A DNA stretch of 63,420 nucleotides, filler included. It is 6 parts of 6 records of this genome, joined end to end, with 100 filler letters (N's around TTAATTAATTAA, not from the genome) between each part and the next. Parts side by side here need not be neighbours in the genome. Positions count along the whole stretch, not along the records: positions 35,183 to 45,620 come from DRR723986_18285; positions 45,721 to 57,011 come from DRR723986_18321; 4 more parts are not named here. One strand, 5' to 3'. Within the stretch, counting starts at the first letter, position 1. Every line of letters starts with the position of its first letter. The position numbers and the translations under genes are program-made. Shown in pieces: positions 37,544 through 46,049 of the stretch. Under the pieces are notes generated by a model that saw only the letters and a program-made list of their open reading frames with translations, was not told the DNA's origin and searched no databases.

Positions 37544-38227
37544 ATGACGACGCAGAAACCGGTCTTCGGGAAGAAAACGTCCGCGCAGACGCGCCGCGCG
37601 GCCCCGCGCCCTGCTGCGTCTCAGGCGCTTTCTGAAAAGGCCGAAGCTTTCCTGCAGCGGGAACGCGAAGCGGCAGGTGAAAAAACCTACGAAGCAGATG
37701 GTGCCTCTTTTCCCTCTGCAAACGGCGGCGTGTCCGGCGGCAAACCCGTTTGGGGACGCCGCGTCTTCGCGCGTATTTTCGATGAACTACTGGTCTGGGG
37801 GCTGCTCTTCCTGATGTTCCACGAGGACATTGGCCGGCAGCTTTCCGTTTATATCGAAGCGCCGATGGGCAGTGCCCAGGAGGATGCGGCGGGTGTTGGC
37901 CTGATTGGATACGCCCTGATCTGGGCTCTCATAGAATGCGTTTACAATATCGCGATGGAAGCGTCCCGCCTTCAGGCGACGCTGGGCAAGCTGCTGGTCG
38001 GAGCGGTCGTGACAGACCGCGATGGCGGCAAGCCCAGCCTTCGCGCCGTGGTCATGCGCAATTCGCTCGGGCGGTTTGCGGTCAACCTTATTCCGTTCAA
38101 TGCCGGTTACCTTATGGGCCTGTTCAAAAAGGACCGCCGGTGCGTGCACGACATGATTGCCGGCACGATGGTGCGCAAGCGGGTGCCTGTGGCGGCGTCT
38201 GCCGGATACAGCGAAGTGTTTGCCTGA
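37544..38227 (+). CDS. RDD family protein
   Basis: WGRRVFARIFD, QATLGK, RRCVHDMIAGT. Confidence 0.88.
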   Translation: MTTQKPVFGKKTSAQTRRAAPRPAASQALSEKAEAFLQREREAAGEKTYEADGASFPSANGGVSGGKPVWGRRVFARIFDELLVWGLLFLMFHEDIGRQLSVYIEAPMGSAQEDAAGVGLIGYALIWALIECVYNIAMEASRLQATLGKLLVGAVVTDRDGGKPSLRAVVMRNSLGRFAVNLIPFNAGYLMGLFKKDRRCVHDMIAGTMVRKRVPVAASAGYSEVFA

Positions 38228-38247
38228 TCTGATCGCGGGTCAAATCC

Positions 38248-39594
38248 TCAGATCAGCACGCTGTCATCCTTGGCGAACTTCGCTAACAGGTAAGCGTCCG
38301 TATCCTCGATTGTATCGAGTTTTCCGAAGGCAAAGGCCTCCCGGTCAAACACCAGATCGCGCGGGCGGAGCGGTCGGCTGATCTCAAGACCCTCCAGCGT
38401 ACGCGCACGGGAAAAGGCGACATAGGTCTGTCCGTGTGCGAACATGCCATGGTCGAAATCGATATAGACCTTGTCCAGCGTCAGGCCCTGCGCCTTGTGG
38501 ATCGTGACGGCATAGGCAAGCCGTAATGGCATCTGCTTGAATGTGCCGACGACTTCGCGCTTCACCTTCTTGGTTTCAGCGTCGAGTTCGTAGCGGTATT
38601 TTTCCCAGGCCGCCGGCTCAATCTCATAGGCGTGCCCGTCAATGTCGACGATCACGCTCTTGCTCGTGAAGCCGGCGACCACCGCCAGCGAGCCATTGAC
38701 CCATCGCCCTTCCGGGTCGTTGCGGATCAGCATGACCCGCGCGCCTTCTTTCAGTTCCAGTTCGGCTTCTGTGGGATAGGCCTTTTCGTCGAATTGCCCC
38801 TGAACATCGGCAAAGAAGGGATGAGGCTTTCCGGGCAGGCCTTCCAGGCGCGCCTGGTTGATGCGGAAGGCATTCGCATTGTTGGGCGTCAGGACAACAT
38901 GGGTTTCCGAGGCGTCCACGGCAGACCGGCTGGAGACGATGCTTTGCAGGATCGCTTCGTCTGCCGGTGTGACCCGGCCCGTGCGGAGCGCCCCGAGCAG
39001 GGCGAGGAAGCGCGGGTCTTCCTGACGGAACACATGTTTCAGCGCCAGCAGTGCAAACTCGGCTTCCCGGAAGGCATCGCAATTGAAGAAATACTGCCCG
39101 CCATGGCGTTCCTTCAGGATCGGCGCCTCCTGGCCTGAGACGACCGGTGGCAACTGGTGGAGATCGCCTGACAGGATCATCCGTACGCCGCCGAAAGGGC
39201 GTTTGGAGGCTCGGTTCAGCTTCAGCGATTTGTCGATGGCGTCTAGCATGTCGGACCGGACCATCGAGATCTCGTCGATGATCATCGTGTTGATCGCCTT
39301 GATCAGGCGGGTCGAGCGCAGGCGCCTGATATCGGCGGGCTCGATCAGGCGCGGCGGGAATTTGAAGAAGGAATGGATCGTCTGCCCGCCCGCATTCATC
39401 GCGGCGACGCCCGTGGGGGCGAGGACGACCGCACTGTCGCCCGCCTGGGCGAGGAACTTCCGCAGCATCGTTGTTTTACCGGTACCGGCCCGCCCGGTCA
39501 GAAACAGATTCCCCTGCGCGCCTGCGCCGCTGGCGACCCAGCGCGCCGGCGTGGCGTAGAGGTTGTCAGGAGTATCTTTTGTGGAGCCAGACAT
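38248..39594 (-). CDS. Pif1-like SF1B helicase
   Basis: TGRAGTGKT, APTGVAA, IIDEISMV, GDLHQLPPV, FRQ, YAVTIHKAQGLT, YVAFSR. Confidence 0.9.
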   Translation of the reverse strand: MSGSTKDTPDNLYATPARWVASGAGAQGNLFLTGRAGTGKTTMLRKFLAQAGDSAVVLAPTGVAAMNAGGQTIHSFFKFPPRLIEPADIRRLRSTRLIKAINTMIIDEISMVRSDMLDAIDKSLKLNRASKRPFGGVRMILSGDLHQLPPVVSGQEAPILKERHGGQYFFNCDAFREAEFALLALKHVFRQEDPRFLALLGALRTGRVTPADEAILQSIVSSRSAVDASETHVVLTPNNANAFRINQARLEGLPGKPHPFFADVQGQFDEKAYPTEAELELKEGARVMLIRNDPEGRWVNGSLAVVAGFTSKSVIVDIDGHAYEIEPAAWEKYRYELDAETKKVKREVVGTFKQMPLRLAYAVTIHKAQGLTLDKVYIDFDHGMFAHGQTYVAFSRARTLEGLEISRPLRPRDLVFDREAFAFGKLDTIEDTDAYLLAKFAKDDSVLI

Positions 39595-39645
39595 GCTCCG
39601 GGCTTAGCGGTCTTTGCCGGGGAAGGCGAGGCCTGCCGGGTGTCG

Positions 39646-40320
39646 CTAGTGCGGTTCGTCCAGATACGCCGTCATGTCCGCCTGTTCGACCATGGTGCGG
39701 ACCTGGCAGGGAAGGAACGGTTTCGGGATCAGGAAGGCCGGCTCGGAATTTTCCCCGGTCAGCAACCGCTTGGGGAAGGCTGTGATGAAGATCACCGGAA
39801 CCGGTCGTGGCAAGCTCGCCTGGATCCCGGCCACGGCTTCCGCGCCTGAGGATCCGTCCGCCAGGGCGATATCCGCCAGCCTTTCGGCGATCAGGATTTC
39901 GTCCTCGATAACCAGCACGGTCGTGGCCAGGGCCGACTGCAGGGAGGTTTCCGCATTGGTGAGGGCTTCCTCGACAAAGCTGGTCGAGGTGCACAGGATT
40001 TCGGCGGTTTCAAAAATGCTGAAGCCTTCGATCGCCGTTAGCATCACGGCGCGGCGTTCGTCTGTTGTCATGGAGCGCAGGATCTTGGCGACTTCCTGAT
40101 TGAGCTTGCCTCTGGACAGCTCGTCCATGATCGTTTCATCGAGTGCGCGGAACAGATCCTTGCGCTGGGCAATGGTCTTTCCCTGGCCCAGCATCACGAG
40201 CATCTTTGTTTCGGGCATGGTTTCAACAGCCGCATCGCCCGCGCTTCTGGTCCCGAGAAGGGCCCGCGCGCAACGACGCAAATATGGCAGTTCACCCGAT
40301 ATCAGATCAGCCAGGAATGA
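39646..40320 (-). pseudogene. PhyR-like response regulator (sigma-like + receiver) with internal deletion and no clear start
   Basis: LPYLRRCARAL, RRAVMLTAIEGF, VLVIEDE, LADGSSG, VIFITAFP.RLLTGE..EPAFLIPKPF; receiver helix1-to-beta3 segment is missing. Confidence 0.7.
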
Positions 40321-40538
40321 AGGTTCCCCCGAACCAGTTTTTCAACCGAGAATCACATACTATACAGGGACGCTTTCAAGTAAAACATATCCATGACTAC
40401 CATCATGCCTGACCTGTTGCTCGTGCAGCAGGCTCGAGCCCTTCAACTCGCCAAGCGTAGCATGCTTCCTGCCGCGGATCACTTATGCATTCCTGAAGCG
40501 CAAAGCCGAAACCCATGGCTCGCTTGGATTTAAACAGA

Positions 40539-40943
40539 TCAGCGGATCCGGATGACGATATCGTAGCCGGCAATGGTCCTGCCATCGGGGGCAACCGGCA
40601 GGTTTTCCAGCGCCAGCTGGCCGTCCGGAATGTCCGTCAACTCGCCAGTCCGCTCATCCAGGAAATGATGATGTGGGCGCGTGTAGGTGTCGAAGACGAT
40701 ATTGTCCTGCCCGGTGCCGCGTACCATACGCAGCGCTCCGGCATCTGCCAGGCTGTGCAGCGTATTGTAGATGGTGGCGAGGGCGACGGGTTCGCCTTGC
40801 TGACTTACCTCCTCAGCCAGCCATTCGGCCGTGACGTGACGGTTCTTGCCATCTGAAAACAGGATGCGCGCGATCGCCTGCCGCGGGCGCGTGGCGCGCA
40901 GGCCAAGTTTTTCCAGATAAGAGGCGGCGTTGAATTCCGTCAT
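40539..40943 (-). CDS. Fur family regulator, Irr-like
   Basis: GLRATRPR, HVTAE, LATIYNTL, HHHF motif. Confidence 0.88.
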   Translation of the reverse strand: MTEFNAASYLEKLGLRATRPRQAIARILFSDGKNRHVTAEWLAEEVSQQGEPVALATIYNTLHSLADAGALRMVRGTGQDNIVFDTYTRPHHHFLDERTGELTDIPDGQLALENLPVAPDGRTIAGYDIVIRIR

Positions 40944-40996
40944 GGGGGCAAATTAGTTCCCGGGCGGCGGTCCTGCAAGCAGGTGTCCACAGCATG

Positions 40997-41030
40997 AAAA
41001 AAGCCCCCGGAAATCATCCGGGGGCTTTCC
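40997..41030 (-). terminator. Intrinsic terminator of gcrA
   Basis: AAAGCCCCCGGA..TCCGGGGGCTTT stem with a T-run on the minus strand. Confidence 0.85.
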
Positions 41031-41054
41031 GTTCACCGTCGCGGCCGGGGCTGA

Positions 41055-41588
41055 TCAGCCTGCGATGCGGCGGACGTAGTCATATTCGCCCCGTTTGGAG
41101 TCCCGCTTGCGGGCGGGCTGGAAGGCGACTTTTGCGTGTTCGGCGCAGTAAGGGCCGCAGTCGGCCTTGCGGCCGCAGAAGGCAAATTTCGGATCCGCCG
41201 GGTCGCCGATCGGCCATTTGCACATGGAATCCCGAAGCGTGAGGATCGTGGCCGGCTCGCCATCAGCCATGGTCAGCGGCGGCAGCGGCGCCAGCGGTTC
41301 CTGGCGTTCGATCACGGTGCGCGGTGCCTCTACGGGCCGTTCCGGCACCTGCGGTGTGGGCACCTTGACCGAACCGTCCGGCATCACGCGGGGTTTCGGA
41401 CGCGCCAGGCGCGGCGGCCGCTTGACCGGGCGGGAAGGTGTCGCGCGGCCCGACAGGCCGAGGCGGTGCACCTTGCCGATCACCGCATTGCGGGTCACGC
41501 CGCCAAGCTGCTTTGCGATCTGGGAGGCCGAATGGCCTTCAGCCCAGAGTTTCTTTAGCGCACTTACGCGTTCGTCAGTCCAGGACAT
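41055..41588 (-). CDS. gcrA: Cell-cycle regulator GcrA
   Basis: MSWTDERV..LKKLW.EG.SASQIA..LGGVTRNAVIGKVHRLGL; CKWPIGDP...FCG...PYC.EH. Confidence 0.96.
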   Translation of the reverse strand: MSWTDERVSALKKLWAEGHSASQIAKQLGGVTRNAVIGKVHRLGLSGRATPSRPVKRPPRLARPKPRVMPDGSVKVPTPQVPERPVEAPRTVIERQEPLAPLPPLTMADGEPATILTLRDSMCKWPIGDPADPKFAFCGRKADCGPYCAEHAKVAFQPARKRDSKRGEYDYVRRIAG

Positions 41589-41635
41589 GTATTCACCTTC
41601 CTGCTTGGTACAGACCCGACACCCAGGTCCGTCAG

Positions 41636-41755
41636 CCCCTATATGTTGAGATGGCAGTTACGCGCCACCCCGCTCAGCACCTATATATCGTATCCATGGC
41701 GAAACGAAACACAACATGCGGGACGGCCTTTCCACAGGCTTTCTACATATTGTGG
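41636..41755. promoter_or_regulatory. Four phased NrdR-box-like palindromes upstream of gcrA
   Basis: cccCTATATGTTGaga (41636), cacCTATATATCGtat (41678), acaCAACATGCGGgac (41709, weak), tttCTACATATTGtgg (41740); spacings 42/31/31. Confidence 0.65.
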
Positions 41756-41871
41756 TTAAAAACTTGCCGCCTGTGGAATTCCGCTCACCGGGAGACCCTG
41801 ATGGCTGGGTTCAGAAAAACTCCGTAAATCGGGCCTCGCGCAGGGGCGTGATTGCGCCTACATAGGTCGCC

Positions 41872-42735
41872 ATGACTTCGACCGACTCCTCCGCCGCACC
41901 GGCGCCCGCACCGGCCCTTTCCACGTCAGCCAGCCGTAATGTCCGCCAGTATGGGGCGGTCAATGGGCTTGGCCTGTGGACGCTTTTCAAACGAGAAGTG
42001 GGCAGATTTATGAAGGTGTGGATGCAGACCATCCTGGCACCTGTCGTCACGACGCTGCTTTTCATGACCGTGTTCAAGCTGGCCTTCGGTGACAGGGGGA
42101 ACCTGACCGGCGACTTTGAGGGGCTGAATTACAATGATTTCCTGGCCCCCGGCCTGATCGTCATGGCGATCCTGCAGAACGCCTTCCAGAATACGAGTTC
42201 CAGCCTGGTGCAGGCCAAGTTCAATTCCACCTATGTCGATTTCCTGATGCCGCCGCTGTCTCCGCTGGAGCTGACAGCCGGATTCCTCGGCGGGGCCATC
42301 GTCCGCGGACTGCTTGTGGCGCTCATTTCCGGTATCGGAATCCAGTTGAGTGGCCTCGCCAACCTGTCCGTGGCGCATGTCTGGCCGATCCTCTGGTTCA
42401 GCATGACATCTGCCATTGTTCTGGGCGGCCTTGGCGCCATTGGAGGCATCTGGGCCGACAAGTTTGACCATCTTTCGGCGGTCACGAACTTCGTAATCGT
42501 GCCGCTGACCTTCCTGTCAGGCACCTTCTACGACATCAAGGTGATGACGCCGCCATTCCAGCTGATGGCTCACATCGATCCCTTCTTCTATATGATTGAC
42601 GGGTTCCGTTATGGTTTCCTGGGGGTTTCCAACTCCTCGATCTGGACGGGCGTGACCTATACGGGAGTCCTGTCGGCGATCTCCGTTCTGGCGGTCTGGT
42701 GGCTGTTCCGGACGGGTTACAAGCTCAAAGCCTGA
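41872..42735 (+). CDS. ABC-2 type transporter permease (YadH-like)
   Basis: LFKREVGRF, FLAPGL, PLTFLSGTFY, PFFYMIDGFRYGF. Confidence 0.92.
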   Translation: MTSTDSSAAPAPAPALSTSASRNVRQYGAVNGLGLWTLFKREVGRFMKVWMQTILAPVVTTLLFMTVFKLAFGDRGNLTGDFEGLNYNDFLAPGLIVMAILQNAFQNTSSSLVQAKFNSTYVDFLMPPLSPLELTAGFLGGAIVRGLLVALISGIGIQLSGLANLSVAHVWPILWFSMTSAIVLGGLGAIGGIWADKFDHLSAVTNFVIVPLTFLSGTFYDIKVMTPPFQLMAHIDPFFYMIDGFRYGFLGVSNSSIWTGVTYTGVLSAISVLAVWWLFRTGYKLKA

Positions 42736-42819
42736 GACTCGCCTTATCCGCGAGTGAGGTTGACCCCACAGCTTTCGACAGCCCAAAGTCCGCCCGAGCC
42801 GGACAAACGGAGGCCTCGA

Positions 42820-43416
42820 ATGGCTAGAACAGGACTTTTCGCCGCCGTGGCGCTCGCAGCTGCTGTGGCTGCCTGCCAGGGTATTCCGAAGGAACAGACG
42901 GTCGCGCAATACTGCGCCGTGCCGGACCATCAGGACGAAGGCGTCTGCAAGCTGAAGGTCGAAATCGACGGGCAATCCGTGGCCTTCGCTGACACCGATA
43001 TGCGCCTGTCCGAGGCGCGCAATGTCGCCGATGGCGCCGCCTCCGCTGCCGCCGAAGCGAAAGAACTTGCCGCTGCCGCCATGGCACGCGCGGAAGAGGC
43101 GGCCAACAAGACGGACGAAGTCGTCTGCGAAACCCGCACAATCCAGAATTCCGCCATCGGCACCTGCCGTCCGGGCTTCACGCTGACCAGCTGTACCCAG
43201 ACGCGCTACACTTATCGTGCCGGCGGCATGTCGATCATGCGCGAAATCAACGACCAGCAGTGCCGCTTCAACAGCAAGGTACTGGAAATGCAGGTGCGCT
43301 GCTGTGCGGCGGCGAGCTCCGGCGTGACGCCGGAAGACACGCTGATCAAAGGCACGCCCGACCCGGTGCCGGCTCCGGAAGAGCCTGCCAAGGAAGAGTC
43401 GCCGCTGCGCTACTGA
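42820..43416 (+). CDS. Hypothetical lipoprotein: Ala-rich helix + Cys-rich C-terminal domain
   Basis: GGAGG SD, lipobox VAAC, helical A/E-rich segment, C-X12-C-X8-C...RCC. Confidence 0.8.
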   Translation: MARTGLFAAVALAAAVAACQGIPKEQTVAQYCAVPDHQDEGVCKLKVEIDGQSVAFADTDMRLSEARNVADGAASAAAEAKELAAAAMARAEEAANKTDEVVCETRTIQNSAIGTCRPGFTLTSCTQTRYTYRAGGMSIMREINDQQCRFNSKVLEMQVRCCAAASSGVTPEDTLIKGTPDPVPAPEEPAKEESPLRY

Positions 43417-43448
43417 TCGCTGCGCCCAGGGGGCTGGGACTGACAGCG

Positions 43449-43488
43449 GAAACCGCCTGCGCCGTAGGGGGAGCAGGCGGTTTCTTTA
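43449..43488. terminator. Hairpin between convergent genes
   Basis: GAAACCGCCTGC...GCAGGCGGTTTC then TTTATT. Confidence 0.7.
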
Positions 43489-43500
43489 TTCCGGGAAGCC

Positions 43501-45620
43501 TCACTCGGGCTGGAAGTAAAAATCCCCGCCGGTGGTCAGGTCGATATAGTTCGGATGCTGCTGTTCATTCGTGCGTCGCGCGACCGCATCCTGCACACGC
43601 TTGAACAGGACGTTTGCCGGAACGCCGGCCGCGGGCAGGCGCTGGGCCAGTTCCTCCGAATAGGCCCCGTCATCGGCGGCCGTCTTGCCGGGCTCGGTGG
43701 CGTAGGCCTGGAACACGCCGGTCGACCAGGTGACCGGCCGGTAGCTTCGCAACATGCCCCGGCTCTCGTCATCCATCACCGTCCGGCAGGCATCGAACAC
43801 GATGAAGCTGGTCGAGGCGACGGTGGTCGAAACGATGTTGAAGATCTGTTCGAAGCTGACCGCGCCGTCCTGGATCTCCGCCGTGCTCGCGCCCGGCAGA
43901 TCGACGGGCAGGACATAGTTCGTCCCGTCAATATTCACGCCGTGCCCGGAATAATAGAAGAAAGTTGCCGGATGAGCGCCGACCTGTTTGCGGGCGAGGG
44001 ACTTGCGGCCCACTTCACGCATTGCACTCAGGGTCTGGCTGCGGCTGGCGTCACGGCAGCGTTGAACGCTGAAGCCTGTTTCGGCGAGGGCTTCGGCAAT
44101 CCGGTCACCATCTGCATGGGTCACCGCAAGGCGGCTGATCGGCGGATTGTAGGCAAGGTTGGACAGGACCATGGCGAACCGGTCCGGATTGCTGCCTTCG
44201 GTAAAGGTGCATCCGGCCTCGGCCGATACAGACATTGCCTCCGGTGTTCCATTATTCGTCGGGGCGACCAGCGTGCTCGCCATGATGGACGTGTCACGCG
44301 TCGCGGGCGGCGGATCGTCTTCCAACAGGTCGTCGATCGTTGAGATATCGACATCCAGCCAGATCGTTTTCACGGACCGGTCGAACCGTTCGCCATCGAT
44401 TTCCAGGCTCTGGGACAGGTTGTATTGAAGGTAGCCGGAACCATCCTCCTTCGGAACAACCCGCCATCTCCAGACGGTCGGTGCATCCGGCAGGACGGCC
44501 TGTTCCTTCGGGGTCATCGGGCGGATATCGAACTCGTCGTCGCCCTCCAGTGTCGCAGACATGATCTTCGACGCCTTCACCGTATCGAACTCGATGGCGA
44601 AGGGGGTTTCCGTACTGCCCGGGGCAAGGCCTGTGCCCAGCGTGCTGGTGAGCATCGTGTCAGCGGCTTCCACAGTAATGTTCTGCGTCAGCGGCTGGAT
44701 GGCGATTTCGAGGAAGTAGGCCTGGTCGACGACCATTTCATTCGGGGCCTGATGCGCCACGCGGCCGGAATTGAAATTCCCGGCGCCCGCCTCGACCAGC
44801 TTGCTGAGCGGCTCCGTCCAGAGGCCGCAATCGCCGAAGTACATATAATTTTCTTCAGTGACGACGCTGTCCATGTTCCAGAGGCAAAGCCGCGCATCCG
44901 GCATGCCCATTTCCAGACGGTCCATGCCGCCGCTCACCTGAACGGCGATGCGTTTCAGCGTGGAGGTGAGGTCGTCGCCGACCGGGATCTTCGCGGTCTT
45001 GAGCTGGCTGTTGACCCCAATCTGGTCGTACATTTCACAGATCAGGCTGATCGTGTCCGGATCTTCCAGTTCGGCCTGGCATTGGGACATGTTGCCCGGG
45101 CCCGCGGCAGGCGCCATGGCTTCCACATCGATCGCCTCATAGAGGAGCGCTTCCAGTTCTTCCTGTGTTGCGTCTTCCGGCACCTCTATCCCGCTCATGC
45201 GCAGGAATTCGATGAGGCTGTCCTCCACCATCACCGCTTCTTCTTCCAATGGCGGATAGACGACGGAATCCTCCAATGGCGGATAATCCCTATCATCGGC
45301 CTGGTATTCGCTGTTGCGAGACTCGTCGTACCCATCGCCGTAGCCGGTATCGCTCCGGTCACCGCCGGACGAGCTGCTGCTGCCTGAAGATGAAGCGACC
45401 GGGCTGGACGGTTCGCCAGGGTCGACCCCGAAATAGCGGAGCACTTCATCCGTTTTCTCATACGCAACGCCGTGCGCTATCAGGTAGGCGCGGACCACTT
45501 CCCGATTGGCCGGATTGAACGGGTCGACGCCGCTCGACTGCATTACCGCATACAGTTCCTCAGGCGGGTACCCCGCCACTGTCTCCGTCACAATCGGCGG
45601 CGGCGGCGGCGGCGGCGGAG
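43501..45620 (-). CDS. Large caspase-family (peptidase C14) domain protein, 5' partial
   Basis: FFYYSGHG and VFDACR His/Cys dyad, AYATEPG; frame stays open through a poly-Pro run to the contig edge. Confidence 0.88.
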
Positions 45621-45720
45621 NNNNNNNNNNNNNNNNNNNNNNNNNNNNNNNNNNNNNNNNNNNNTTAATTAATTAANNNNNNNNNNNNNNNNNNNNNNNN
45701 NNNNNNNNNNNNNNNNNNNN
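45621..45720. other. Artificial contig spacer
   Basis: N-run with TTAATTAATTAA. Confidence 0.99.
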
Positions 45721-45787
45721 GTTCAAGACTGTCTTTCAAGCCATTCATTTTCCAATTGCCAGCGACGATTGAGACCGGTGCAGTCAT
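45721..45787 (-). CDS. tpiA: Triosephosphate isomerase N-terminus (3' partial)
   Basis: Manual translation MTAPVSIVAGNWKMNG; AAGGA SD. Confidence 0.9.
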
Positions 45788-46049
45788 TGATATTGTCCTT
45801 CTTATGCTAGAGCCACATTTTCAAAATAATTAGCTCAGTTGAATTTTGCACTTTGACAGGCTGATTAGCAAATATACTGAAAGCTGACCAGATAAGTTCG
45901 TAATAATGATACTAAACTGGCTGATACTCTTTGTCGGGCTTGTGTTTCAGTATCGTCGGCGCTATGGATGCACAATTAAGTTTTTATTGATTTTCGTTCA
46001 AGCTAAACGGAAGTCTTGTCATTGAGTCAAGATAAGGGAGCAACAGCGA

